Positions 20,039-30,836 of a DNA stretch of 64,000 bases are shown here, piece by piece (position 1 is the first letter of the stretch; each line of letters starts with the position of its first letter). This DNA comes from Candidatus Omnitrophota bacterium. GTDB lineage: Bacteria; Omnitrophota; Gorgyraeia; B26-G9. The notes under the pieces were generated by a model. The model saw only the letters and a program-made list of their open reading frames with translations. It was not told where the DNA came from and searched no databases. The position numbers and the translations under genes were made by a program. The stretch is taken from the NCBI GenBank assembly GCA_016213925.1, contig JACQZH010000007.1, forward strand, positions 30,951 through 94,950, given 5' to 3'.

Positions 20039-20395
20039 ATGAGCCCGGAAATAAAAAAAGCGGAAGATGTGCTGGCAGATATTATTGAAAAGATCAGTAT
20101 TTTGAAAATTTATGAAAAGCGCGCTAAGCGGGAAGATTACTGTGAAATCGTAATCTATAATAAAGACAATGACCAATGGAAGTCTTTGCTGGCTGAAATG
20201 CTTGGTGAAGAAATAACCGCCGCTAAAAGAAATATTACAGAGGAAGATTTCCTTGTGACAAAAATTTACGGCGGAATCGGAGGTAATCAGTCTTTATTCA
20301 GAAAAAAATTCGAAAATCAAACGTTAATCGCGATGTTCTGGCCATGGCAGGACAATGAGCACACGACTTTGAAGATGATCGTTGTGAAAAGATAG
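20039..20395 (+). CDS. Hypothetical protein
   Basis: ORF with GGAGAGG RBS; YGGI..NQ and AMFWPWQD conserved-looking motifs. Confidence 0.7.
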   Translation: MSPEIKKAEDVLADIIEKISILKIYEKRAKREDYCEIVIYNKDNDQWKSLLAEMLGEEITAAKRNITEEDFLVTKIYGGIGGNQSLFRKKFENQTLIAMFWPWQDNEHTTLKMIVVKR

Positions 20396-20529
20396 GGCAT
20401 TGGGCGCGCGTTGTCCGGCGCTTACCGGAAAGAAATTAACTTCCCGCAAAAGATTAATTCAGGAGTAATTTTAGACTGCTGCCGAAGATTTTTTTTAAAT
20501 TCCAACAGTTGATATAACGAGTAAAAAAA

Positions 20530-21033
20530 ATGAACGAAAAAACCATCGGTAGAATTTTATATTGCCTGCTTGCCGGGGCGATCTTGGCAGGATTTTTCAA
20601 ATGGAATAAGAGTTATGAAGCTGCTTTTGAGCAGGGTAAACAGGATATCTTGCTTGAAAGCAAAAGAGCATATGTTAAGCCGGAAATATATGAATATCTG
20701 ACAAATATCGAAAAAACCGCGCAATATCACGGCTACAATAACGGACGGAATATGTTCCTGGTCCGGCAAAAGATAGAAGAGGCGCAGCAAAAACGCAAAG
20801 GGCAGCAGGTGAAAAATATTTCTGAAAAGGAAGTATCCGGGGCAAGTGATTTAGATATTGAGCGGATTATGAAAATAGTTATTCCTGAAAAGTATTTTAC
20901 TGTGCGTCAAATGAGCGTTTCCAAAGAAAAAGCAGAAGTATTATTACAGGCGTCATCAAATAAAAATATCGATAGATATAACCTGCGTGCGGCAAAGCCA
21001 GCTATTTACAGAAGTGCATTCAGCGATGTTTAA
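20530..21033 (+). CDS. Hypothetical protein with N-terminal membrane anchor
   Basis: 167-aa ORF with N-terminal TM. Confidence 0.6.
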   Translation: MNEKTIGRILYCLLAGAILAGFFKWNKSYEAAFEQGKQDILLESKRAYVKPEIYEYLTNIEKTAQYHGYNNGRNMFLVRQKIEEAQQKRKGQQVKNISEKEVSGASDLDIERIMKIVIPEKYFTVRQMSVSKEKAEVLLQASSNKNIDRYNLRAAKPAIYRSAFSDV

Positions 21034-21330
21034 GCACAGTCCCGGCAACAAAGAAATTACCGCGGCATTGATATTCAAGTTCTCCAAATTGTTTGATTCT
21101 TCGAAAGAAGCGTTTATAGAAGCGGAAACGCTGCGGAAAACATTAAGCAGCATTCTGTTTGAATAGTTTTTAAAAATTATCTTGTTTTTAATACTAAAGT
21201 AAAGCAAGCAGAATCCTTGTTCTTATCGCACCGGTTATTTGGTTAATAAATCTTACCCAAGGAAATACATAGAGTTATTGAAAAACAACTTTAACTTAGG
21301 TATACTAGTTATAGGTGGGTTTGTTATAAA

Positions 21331-21744
21331 ATGGGAAAAAAAGGGTTTACTATAATTGAATTAATGGTCGCAGTGATGATAACTGTGGTTGTTTTAACAG
21401 GGTTGCTGCATATACATACACAAACATTTAGCTTGTATGAAGTATCCAGGAATAAGACGATTGCCGTAAATGCCGCCCGCCAGCAATTAGAAAGAATCCG
21501 TAGCCTGCCGTATGATGATGCCAGCTCTACCAATGATGTTTTAGGCCAAAATGGAATCACATTCCCTGTTGTGCTCTTATCCGGTCCTTTGGGAGCGAAT
21601 CCAGGGAGTATCAGCATTGTAGACGACCCGGATTATCCCGGCGATACTAATATAAGGGAAATTATTGTTGCTGTCAGCTGGATAGCGCAAGGAAAAGTTC
21701 CTGGCGGCAGTATTCAGCTGGTTACTCGAAGGGCGAGATATTAA
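21331..21744 (+). CDS. Prepilin-type minor pilin (PilV-like)
   Basis: KKG|FTIIELMVA class III signal. Confidence 0.88.
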   Translation: MGKKGFTIIELMVAVMITVVVLTGLLHIHTQTFSLYEVSRNKTIAVNAARQQLERIRSLPYDDASSTNDVLGQNGITFPVVLLSGPLGANPGSISIVDDPDYPGDTNIREIIVAVSWIAQGKVPGGSIQLVTRRARY

Positions 21745-21750
21745 AAAACC

Positions 21751-22434
21751 ATGAAAAAAAAAGATGCGCGGATTCAAGGGTTTTCCCTGGTTGAAACCGT
21801 TGTGGTGATGGCAATTAGCACGGTTGTTGTATATGGAGTTTATATTATTTTATTCTCTTGTTCAGACGCGGTTCAGTTATCAGCGGCGCAGGTAGAATTG
21901 CAAAATAACGCGCAAAGGGCGGTCAGTCGAATAATCCCGGAATTAAGAGAAAGCAATTTGGATAATATTACCGGGTTTCCTGCCTGGGCAGCAACAGCAA
22001 CAGGAACAGCGATTGACCTTATTGATGATCAGGCTGTTGTTTTTAGTTCAGCGCGCGATACTTTAGGAGATTTTCAGATGGATGGGACGGAACATACCGC
22101 GGATTGGCAAGGCGTGGTGGCGTTCTGTCCGTTCGCGGATAATGATGTGCGCCAGCTTAGGCAGTATAGGGTTTTTGGAGCATATGATTTTCCGGTAACT
22201 GTTACTAATGTGGACAGCACGCAGATAACGCTTAATGATAATAGCGGAACCGCAATAATAATAGACAGGGATACGGGCGCGCCGGGAATATATAATGTCT
22301 TAGCGAATAATTTTAACCGGCTGACTTTTATCGCGGGTAACCCGGTAACTATAATTGTTATAACGGATAAAACCACGGTAAAAAACCGAAACGTGTCATT
22401 TAGTTTAACGACTAACGCGGTAATAAAAAATTGA
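21751..22434 (+). CDS. Prepilin-type minor pilin (PilW-like)
   Basis: QG|FSLVETVVVM class III signal; ELRES helix. Confidence 0.85.
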   Translation: MKKKDARIQGFSLVETVVVMAISTVVVYGVYIILFSCSDAVQLSAAQVELQNNAQRAVSRIIPELRESNLDNITGFPAWAATATGTAIDLIDDQAVVFSSARDTLGDFQMDGTEHTADWQGVVAFCPFADNDVRQLRQYRVFGAYDFPVTVTNVDSTQITLNDNSGTAIIIDRDTGAPGIYNVLANNFNRLTFIAGNPVTIIVITDKTTVKNRNVSFSLTTNAVIKN

Positions 22435-22486
22435 TAAATCTAAATTTTGGGATAAAAACAGCATCAAGGCAAAAAGGGGTTTAATA

Positions 22487-24402
22487 GTGAAAGCGAAAAA
22501 GAATGGGTCGGTATTAATTTCCGCGCTGATTGTTGCCATAGTTGTTTCAATTGCCGCGGCAAGCATGCTGACGCAGGGGATTGCTTCTAACCGGGTTTCC
22601 GAGCGGGCCGTGGATTCGGCGCAAACATATTATTTAACTGAAGCGGCTATTGAAAGGGCAATCTATGAGCTTAAGTATGGACAAGACATCATTGATGATG
22701 ACGGTAATTCCGGCTCAAACGGCATTCCGGATATATATGAGCAATTGCAGGGGATTAATTCTTTTAATACCGCGGAAGGCGGAGCCGGGCCAATAACCGC
22801 GCCGCCTTTAGCAATGAACTTTACCATTAACGGCCAGGCTGTTAATGTTGAGCTTAGCACAATACTTGTGCCGCATTCTAATTTACTTGAAACGTTTAAC
22901 CCTGCTACTGCTTCCGGCGGTTTTGTCCAGTTTACAGGCGGATGTTACGGAAAACCGCTGTTTTTAGATATCAACGGAGACGGCAACCATGAAATACTTT
23001 TAGGAACGGATGACGGCAATGTGCACTATTATAAATATTATTATGATGAAATAAATAAGCAGTATACGATAGAAGAAGTTTTAGACGCGTTCGGCGATCC
23101 GTTTATCAACGGTTTGGAAGGAAAGATTGTAGGCAGTTTAATCGCGCAGGATATTGATAATGACGGTAATATAAATGTGCTGATAAATACAGACAAAGGG
23201 CATGTATATTGTTATGAAGTAGGCGCTGCTCCGCTTGAACTTCGCTGGGATTATGATGTTCCCGGGGCAAACTCCACTTATTGGGAATTGGCAGTAGGGA
23301 ATTTAGACGGGGATGCTGACCTTGAAATAGTTATGCCTTCAGCTAATAAAGGGCTTACTTTTTTGGATACCAACGGCTCTGTAATCAGAAATATTGCCCC
23401 GACGGGGTTTGGGTATACAGCTCCGCCTTTGATAGGCGATTTTGATAAAGACGGAGTAAACGAGGTTATTGCTGACGACGGAGTAGAGCTGAATTGTTAT
23501 GAGCTGTCCGGAACAAAAAAATGGACATACCGCGTAGGTTTAAAAACCAGTGAAGCTACCGGGGCATTATCGATCGACGGCAGCGGTAAGCATATCGAAG
23601 ATCAAACTTCCAATGGTTTTTGGGTTCCGAGTTCTTCGGCAGGAGATGTGGATGGCGACGGGTTCCCGGAGATCGTGGCTACATCTTTGGGCAACGCTAA
23701 TAACCGCAATACGCATACAGTTATTTTAAGAGATAATAACCGGACTATTGTCGATGCAAAAGATATAAATAAAAACGGTAATAGCACAGAGGTAATTGCC
23801 GTGCCGGATGATATACGCGTAAATTTAACCCCGAGCGCGCTTGCAAACGGCTTTACCGGCGCTGACCTTAGGGGGTTGGTTTCACAGCGTCAGCCTGCGA
23901 TCGGCGACTTAGAAGCGGACGGAAAAGTGGAAATTGCGCATGGAGCGCGCATAGACCAGATTTTTTTATTTAATGTGGATTTTGACAATACTGACGGCGC
24001 GTTTTTAGGAACTGCGGCAACAGAAACTGATGTTGGATGGAATAAGGGCACCTGGGAGATGGTTGATTATACCGGCGATGGGGCAGTAGATTTTCCGGCA
24101 GGGCTTGGCGGCGCCGGCGACATCGCGGCTTCTCCGGTTTTTGCCAATGTTGATAAAGATCAGATCTTAATCAGGACGGCATAGAAGAAATTGCAATGGC
24201 GTCTTCGAAAGGTACCGGAGGCTTCGGCGGAAACCATTATTTGTATGTATTAAGCTTAAGCGGGGTGAAATTTTCCCGGATAATGATCCAAGCTAACGCT
24301 GTCGGGTATTTTGGCGTAAACCAGCAGTCAAGCATGGTTGTGGATTTAGGAGATCCTTCGACTCCGAATTCGATTGTTGAAATGCAGTCTTGGCAGGAAT
24401 GA
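22487..24402 (+). CDS. PilX-like protein with FG-GAP/VCBS repeats, broken near 24160 (frameshift or deletion)
   Basis: NG|SVLISAL lacking E5, QTYYLTEAAIERA; many DxxGDGxxEI repeats; shifted frame continues DLNQDGIEEIAMASSKG into the 24196-24402 ORF. Confidence 0.75.
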
Positions 24403-25031
24403 CGATGAAAAATTATTTTAATGCGCTGGTTATTGTTAATACGGCAAGCCTGTTCATTTTTGTTATAGTGCTTGCGGTTTTATTTAAAAATTGTCAGACA
24501 ACTATACGGTTAGGCCAAAATGTCCTTAAAAAAGATGAACCCAGAACTATGATTAAACAAAAACAGGACAGTGTTATATCAAAAGAACAGGGGATATTTA
24601 GTAAGGCAATGATGCTTAAAAATAGCGCCCGTTATAAAGAGGCGATAGCTGCATTTAAAGAAGCGGCAGAAGAATATCCGCAAAGTGTTTTAGCGGACAA
24701 TGCCTATTATCAAATCGCGCAAATTCTAATAGCTGATCCGGTTAAAAAGCCCCGAGAAGCAGCAGCGGTATACCATTTTATTGTCGAGGCTTATCCGAAA
24801 AGCGAAATCGCTGATGATGCGCAATATCAGCTGGCTAAAATAGCCGGCTTGTATTTTAAAGAACCTTTACTCGCCTTAGATGAATACAGAAAGCTTATCG
24901 CGCTTTTTCCGCAAAGCAAATATGTTAAAGAAGCTCAAAGCGCTATTGATTTTTTGACCAGCGACCCAAACGGTGACGGTATCCCGCTTGCTGAAAGTAT
25001 GGGAATAGGCATACCTGACGAGGCTTTTTAA
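24390..25031 (+). CDS. Membrane-anchored TPR protein
   Basis: N-terminal TM; YPQSVLADNAYYQIA and YPKSEIADDAQYQLA repeats. Confidence 0.8.
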   Translation: MAGMTMKNYFNALVIVNTASLFIFVIVLAVLFKNCQTTIRLGQNVLKKDEPRTMIKQKQDSVISKEQGIFSKAMMLKNSARYKEAIAAFKEAAEEYPQSVLADNAYYQIAQILIADPVKKPREAAAVYHFIVEAYPKSEIADDAQYQLAKIAGLYFKEPLLALDEYRKLIALFPQSKYVKEAQSAIDFLTSDPNGDGIPLAESMGIGIPDEAF

Positions 25032-25216
25032 ATGGATAAAGATAATACGTAATAGCAGATATCTTTATGGATAGGCATACATATAGGAGGCATATTGAGG
25101 GTGTTTATTAAGTAAGAAAGAGTAACCAGCAACCAGAGTACAGAAACCAGGAATTAGAAACTAAAAACTGGAGACACTAAAAGTAAATAACTAGTTCAAA
25201 GGAAAAGGAGCGATAA

Positions 25217-25420
25217 ATGAATAAAAAAGTAAAATGCCCGGAGTGCAAAAGCGAGATCGAAGTTGATTCCAGCGTTTCAGTGGGAGATATCGAACAGTGT
25301 TTAAACTGCGACATAGAATTAAAAGTAGTGAGCGTGATTCCGTTAAAGCTTGAAATAATGACTTGCAATTTTTCTGATGATGACGAAATGGATGAGGATG
25401 ACGAGGAAAATATGGATTAA
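25217..25420 (+). CDS. LysW-like zinc-ribbon protein with acidic tail
   Basis: CPEC…GDIEQCLNCDIELKVVSVIPLKL then D/E-rich tail; lacks terminal EDWGE. Confidence 0.65.
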   Translation: MNKKVKCPECKSEIEVDSSVSVGDIEQCLNCDIELKVVSVIPLKLEIMTCNFSDDDEMDEDDEENMD

Positions 25421-25479
25421 TTTTTCTTTGAACAATTAAGTGCAGCGGCCAGGATAAGCGTTAAAGAATAAAGCTGTTT

Positions 25480-25524
25480 TCTAAGAACTCTTTAAATTTT
25501 CAGTTGAAGAGTTCTTGTTTTTTT
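25480..25524 (+). terminator. Intrinsic terminator
   Basis: AAGAACTCTTTAA / TTGAAGAGTTCTT stem followed by a T-run. Confidence 0.65.
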
Positions 25525-25672
25525 GGTATTTTTTTGGGTTGACGCTTAGGGCAGAATGGGGTAGTATAGGTGTCTATAAGATCAAAAAAGCAGCAACCAG
25601 AAACCAGTAACCAGAGATTAAAGCAAGTTTTTACGTATAGGCGGTAAAATTCAGGAAAGGGAAAGCAGCTAA

Positions 25673-27187
25673 ATGAAAGTTTTTTTAGCAGGATTTAATA
25701 TTGATACAGATGTTTTACGGCAGATGCAAGAAAAATCAGGGCGGCGCCAGGACATAACTCCGGAGGTTATTTGCGCTGCGTACGCGCGTATCAGCCGGGA
25801 TCCGCGTCCGGTTAATGAAATACGCCAGGATGCAAGAAACGAAGTTGAACGTTCCCGCAAATCAAATTCAACGATAATATTTAAAATGGGCCACCACTCT
25901 GTTGCCGAGCACGCGGTATTTAATCTGGATATTTTAGAGGTTTCCCGTTTCGCGATGGAAGAGCTTGAAAAGTTCAGGCTGTGTTCTTATACGGAAAAAT
26001 CGCAGCGCTATATTACGCTGGATAATGATTTTGTTGTTCCAGAGGAGATTAAAAACACTTGTTTTGAAGAGATGTTTATTTCCATGATTGAACAGCAGAA
26101 CAAAGCTTATTTTAAATTATTTGAACGGCTTAAAGAATATATTTTCGAAAAACACGCTCAATTGGCAAAGGACCCCAAAAATCATAATCTGCTGGAAGGA
26201 TGGGCAAAAGAAGATGCCCGTTATGTTACGGCACTGGCAACACATTCGCAAGTTGGGCAGACAATTAACGCGCGTAACCTGGAGCTTTTGCTGCGCAGAT
26301 TTGCTTCGCATCCTTTATCCGAAATAAAACAACTGGGAATTTCTATATATAATCAGATAGCAAGCATTGCTCCTTCTATTGTTATCTTCAATGAGGCGAA
26401 CGAACGTGACCTGAAAACGTATCCGGGTTTAAAAAAAGCGGCAAAAGAGCTGCTTGCAAAGGTGCCGCTTAAGCTTGCGCCGGGCACGCAGCAGAATGTA
26501 CAGCTGGTAGAATTTACGAAAAACGGAGATCTGGCAGTTGCGGCCGCGCTACTGCATGCGGCAACCGAGCTTACCTATGAAGATTGCCGCGTTGTTGCGG
26601 AAAAATTATCGCAAGAAGAGCAGAAAATGCTTTTTAAAAACGTATGGGAAAATATGCAGTTTTATGATTCCATGCTGCGCGAATTTGAATATACGAATCT
26701 CACTTTTAATATTGTTTTATCCGCGGCTTGTTTTGGACAGCTTAAACGCCACCGCATGTCAACAATATCAGCTCAAGAATATGATCCGAACCTGGGTGTT
26801 ACTGTGCCTGAATCGGTTAAAGAAACCGGCATGGAAAAATATTTTCAGGAAATTATTGATAAAACAAATGCTGTCTATAATAATATCAGCCGCGAAATTC
26901 CGATAGCCGCGCCATATATTTTAACTAACGCGCATCGTAAGAGAGTATTATTGCGCCTTAATGCGCGGGAACTTTACCACATATCCAGGTTAAGGGAAGA
27001 TACGCATTCTCAATGGGATATTCGTAATATTGCCGCGGGCATGAGCCAGAAAGCTAAACAGGTAATGCCGCTTACATTCGCTTGCATTGGAGGCAAAGAT
27101 AAGTATAGCGAGATTTACAAAAATCTTTATGGCCGGCTGCCAAAGGTAACTCAAGCTGTACTACCGCAGCCGCGGTCAATTACATAA
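25673..27187 (+). CDS. thyX: FAD-dependent thymidylate synthase, tandem two-domain form
   Basis: GHHSVAEH, SYTEKSQRY, EDARY, NARNL in domain 1; QLKRHR, NARELYH..LR…SQWDIR in domain 2. Confidence 0.88.
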   Translation: MKVFLAGFNIDTDVLRQMQEKSGRRQDITPEVICAAYARISRDPRPVNEIRQDARNEVERSRKSNSTIIFKMGHHSVAEHAVFNLDILEVSRFAMEELEKFRLCSYTEKSQRYITLDNDFVVPEEIKNTCFEEMFISMIEQQNKAYFKLFERLKEYIFEKHAQLAKDPKNHNLLEGWAKEDARYVTALATHSQVGQTINARNLELLLRRFASHPLSEIKQLGISIYNQIASIAPSIVIFNEANERDLKTYPGLKKAAKELLAKVPLKLAPGTQQNVQLVEFTKNGDLAVAAALLHAATELTYEDCRVVAEKLSQEEQKMLFKNVWENMQFYDSMLREFEYTNLTFNIVLSAACFGQLKRHRMSTISAQEYDPNLGVTVPESVKETGMEKYFQEIIDKTNAVYNNISREIPIAAPYILTNAHRKRVLLRLNARELYHISRLREDTHSQWDIRNIAAGMSQKAKQVMPLTFACIGGKDKYSEIYKNLYGRLPKVTQAVLPQPRSIT

Positions 27188-27236
27188 CCTCAAAGTTTGA
27201 AATACGCCTGATTTTTAGGATAAAGCAATTAGCAGG

Positions 27237-27635
27237 TTATTCAGGAAGAGTCTTTTTACTTAGCCTTCCGTTTATATCCTCAACAATTTTATCAGCAAGC
27301 GATAAGCTGGGAAATCCTTTTTTCCTTGCAGTGACGTCTATGGATGCCGGCCTATCCTTCATCTGGCGGATATTAATGGTTATTTTCGCGCCGTCAACTT
27401 CTGCTTCAATTATGCCGCTTAACTGGTTTTCCGTTGCTATTTGGGCGTTCATTTCTTCCATTGTTGCCAATGCGGCATTCCACGCAGCCGAGTATTCCAC
27501 AAAACGTTCAAGGCGTATAGTGTCTACTCCCATCCCTACGCTTCCGGCTGTGGTTGCTCCAATCAATAAAGCGGAACAGCCGCATAAACAGCATAATGTC
27601 AGCATCCCTAAAATTGCGGTTAATATTTTTTTCAT
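27237..27635 (-). CDS. Lipoprotein (DUF3568-like)
   Basis: Lipobox LCGC followed by a Gly/Ala-rich stretch. Confidence 0.65.
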   Translation of the reverse strand: MKKILTAILGMLTLCCLCGCSALLIGATTAGSVGMGVDTIRLERFVEYSAAWNAALATMEEMNAQIATENQLSGIIEAEVDGAKITINIRQMKDRPASIDVTARKKGFPSLSLADKIVEDINGRLSKKTLPE

Positions 27636-28071
27636 GCTTTAATCCCTTCAACTTAAAAGTTATTAGAATTTAATAGGGCATCCCGAATGAAGCAGCTATA
27701 TTTAAAGATTCTTTGGGATCCATCTATTGCGGAATAATCAATAATCCGTAATATAAATCATATTATACCACAGATAGTAAAATTAAAAATAATTTTTTCA
27801 TCTTAGGACTTGCTAATAAATAGGGAGCATGGTATACTTATTTTCCTTTTTTATAAACCCGGGTTTTGCAATCGGCCATACCTGCTTTTGTTAAATGTTT
27901 TATGCAGGGCAAAGATTAGATTGTTTTCTAATGCCAATAAGCCGCTAGGCAATTTTGCGTGAGGGATAAAAAGCCGAAAGAAGAAATATGCTTTAATTTT
28001 TTGAAATTTGATGTATTATTTAGTCGTAAGAATAATAGTGGGAAAATGGATAATTAAAAGAGAGGTTTGAA

Positions 28072-30168
28072 ATGGCGAGAATTATTGACTTAAACAAAGT
28101 GCGCAATATCGGCATAATGGCGCATATCGACGCAGGAAAAACTACGGTTACGGAACGTATCCTGTTTTATACAGGGCGTTCACATAAGATTGGAGAGGTC
28201 CATGACGGCAAAGCCCAGATGGACTGGATGAAACAAGAGCAGGAAAGAGGGATTACAATTACTTCCGCGGCAACTACTTGTTATTGGAAAAATCATCGCG
28301 TAAACATTATTGATACTCCGGGGCACGTTGATTTTACAGTGGAAGTTGAACGGTCATTGCGGGTGCTTGACGGTGCGGTTGCTGTTTTCTGCGCTGTTGG
28401 CGGCGTAGAACCGCAAAGCGAAACAGTATGGAGGCAGTCGGATAAGTATAGTGTTCCGAAGCTGGCGTTTATTAATAAAATGGACCGTATCGGTTCGGAT
28501 TTTTTCAGCGTGGTTAAAAATATAGAAGAGGAGCTGGGAGCAAATGTTATTCCGCTGCAGATACCGGTCGGCGCCGAAGATAATTTCCGGGGAATTGTTG
28601 ATCTGATGGAGATGCAGGCTTATATATATGATGATAATTCCCAGGGAAAGAATTTTCATATAGAAGAAGTACCAGAAGAGTTAAAAGAACTTGCGAAAAA
28701 ATACCATCATATTATGGTCGAGAAAGCAATCGAACTTGACGATTCTCTAATGGAAAAATATCTTGAATCAGAAGAGTCTATCAGCAAGGAAGAGCTTATG
28801 GCAGCAATCCGCAAGGGTACAATCGCCAATAAGATTGTGCCGGCATTGTGCGGGTCCGCGTTTAAAAATAAAGGGGTGCAGCAATTACTTGATGCGGTTA
28901 ATCATTATTTGCCTTCGCCGGTGGATATCGCGGCAGTAGAAGGCCATGATCCGGATAGCCCGGAGAAAAAGTTTGTCCGTAAACCACTTGACGATGAGCC
29001 TTTTTCCGCGCTGGCATTCAAGGTGCAGTCTGATCCGCACATGGGCAAACTGATATATTTCAGGGTTTATTCCGGGTCGCTTAAAGCCGGTTCGTACGTA
29101 TACAACGCGACTAAAGGCCGCAGGGAGCGCATAGGCAGAATTTTGCAGATGCACGCGAACGAACGCGAAGTAAAAGAAGATGTTTTTGCCGGAGATATTG
29201 CGGCGGCTGTCGGTTTAGACCATACTGTTACCGGAGATACTCTCTGCGATGAAGATAATCTGATTGTTCTTGAGGCAATGGAGTTTCCGGCGCCGGTAAT
29301 GGCTTTGAGCATAAAACCGCAAAGCCGCGCTGACCAGGATAAGCTGGGCAAGGGGCTGATGCGTTTGGCAGAAGAGGACCCTACTTTTACCGTAAGCTCC
29401 GATAAAGAAACCGAAGAAACGATACTTTCCGGTATGGGAGAACTTCATCTGGAGATTATTGTGGATCGTTTAAAGCACGAGTTTAATGTTGAGGCAATAG
29501 TCGGCCAGCCGAAAGTGGCGTACCGCGAAACAATTGTTAAAAGCGCGGAAGAAAATTACAAACATGTGAAACAAACCGGCGGCAAAGGCCAATATGCGCA
29601 TGTAAAAATAGAGATTTTCCCAACCGAACCAGGGCATGGTTTCGAGTTCAATAATGAGATTGTCGGCGGATCTATTCCCAAGGAATATATTCCCGCGGTA
29701 GAAAAAGGAATTATCAGCGTTATGCAAAGAGGTATCTTTGCCGGATTTCCCATTGTTGACGTGCGTGTTGATTTAATCGACGGTTCTTACCATGAAGTTG
29801 ATTCATCGGAAATGGCTTTTAAAATTGCTGCTGGAGATTGTTTTAAACGCGCGTTTATGAAAGCGGCTCCGATATTGCTTGAACCGTATATGTCGATTGA
29901 AGCGACAACTCCCGAGGAGCATGTCGGAAGCGTTGTCGGAGATATCTGTTCGCGACGGGGAAAAGTGCTGGGCATGGAAGCTAAAAATAATTTACAGATT
30001 ATTTCAGCTGAAGCGCCGCTTTCCGAGATGTTCGGGTACGCGAGCGCCTTGCGTTCTTTAACAAGCGGCAGGGCGACTTATTCGATGCATTTTGAAAAAT
30101 ATGTCGAAGTGCCGTTTGCTATATCAGAAAAGATTGTCGAGGAAAAGAAAAAAGCGTCACAAAAATGA
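28072..30168 (+). CDS. fusA: Elongation factor G
   Basis: [46 protein letters not shown]. Confidence 0.97.
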   Translation: MARIIDLNKVRNIGIMAHIDAGKTTVTERILFYTGRSHKIGEVHDGKAQMDWMKQEQERGITITSAATTCYWKNHRVNIIDTPGHVDFTVEVERSLRVLDGAVAVFCAVGGVEPQSETVWRQSDKYSVPKLAFINKMDRIGSDFFSVVKNIEEELGANVIPLQIPVGAEDNFRGIVDLMEMQAYIYDDNSQGKNFHIEEVPEELKELAKKYHHIMVEKAIELDDSLMEKYLESEESISKEELMAAIRKGTIANKIVPALCGSAFKNKGVQQLLDAVNHYLPSPVDIAAVEGHDPDSPEKKFVRKPLDDEPFSALAFKVQSDPHMGKLIYFRVYSGSLKAGSYVYNATKGRRERIGRILQMHANEREVKEDVFAGDIAAAVGLDHTVTGDTLCDEDNLIVLEAMEFPAPVMALSIKPQSRADQDKLGKGLMRLAEEDPTFTVSSDKETEETILSGMGELHLEIIVDRLKHEFNVEAIVGQPKVAYRETIVKSAEENYKHVKQTGGKGQYAHVKIEIFPTEPGHGFEFNNEIVGGSIPKEYIPAVEKGIISVMQRGIFAGFPIVDVRVDLIDGSYHEVDSSEMAFKIAAGDCFKRAFMKAAPILLEPYMSIEATTPEEHVGSVVGDICSRRGKVLGMEAKNNLQIISAEAPLSEMFGYASALRSLTSGRATYSMHFEKYVEVPFAISEKIVEEKKKASQK

Positions 30169-30233
30169 TCCAAGGCAAAAGCTTAAAAAATACAGCTGCT
30201 TGACATTAATGCCGCTAGGCAGTATGATTAAAA

Positions 30234-30674
30234 ATGGTCAGCGCAAATGTTTTTTTGCGTTTTATCCGATCAGGGGGACGGAAGCGTATGCCGGTTTTAA
30301 GAAGGGTTTTAATCATAGATGATGAAGAGCAGTTCTGCGTTATTCTTAAGAATAATTTAGAGCAGACAGGGCAATTCAGCGTGGATATCGCTTTTAACGC
30401 GCAACAGGGGCAGCTTTTAGCTAAGCAAAAACACCCGGATATTATTTTGCTTGATGTGCTTATGCCTGAAACACACGGCCCAAAACTAGCTGAAAATTTA
30501 AAAGAAGATCCGCAAACCGCAGACATTCCAATTATATTTCTTACGGCAGTGATCGCTAAAGAAGAATTAGGCGTAGATGTGATAAGAAAAATGGGGCGTT
30601 TTCACTGCATTGCTAAGCCTGTTGAAACCGAAGAACTTATCCAGTGTATCAATAAAATTAAGCCGGGCTGTTAA
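30234..30674 (+). CDS. Single-domain response regulator (true start probably near 30288)
   Basis: IIDDE, LLDVLMP, FLTA, KPV. Confidence 0.88.
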   Translation: MVSANVFLRFIRSGGRKRMPVLRRVLIIDDEEQFCVILKNNLEQTGQFSVDIAFNAQQGQLLAKQKHPDIILLDVLMPETHGPKLAENLKEDPQTADIPIIFLTAVIAKEELGVDVIRKMGRFHCIAKPVETEELIQCINKIKPGC

Positions 30675-30836
30675 TAGTCAAAATTAATTTACTGCCAGAT
30701 ATTTCTTAGGAATCCGTAAAATATAACCTAATTTGACATTGCGTAATAAAAAGATGTGATTTATAATATAAGACGGAACGTTACCGAGTTTCAAAAGGAA
30801 ATATTACTCAACAAGATTAATTCGGCCAGATAAGTT

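Noticed and set aside
20395-20490. c-di-GMP-I riboswitch (region ends CTGCCGAA)
   Set aside because: The GGCAAA…GAAA…GCAAA core and P2/P3 pairing could not be built
28038-28047. fusA leader GTGGGAAAAT as a target of the candidate sRNA loop
   Set aside because: Short, bulged complementarity that is expected by chance in 64 kb
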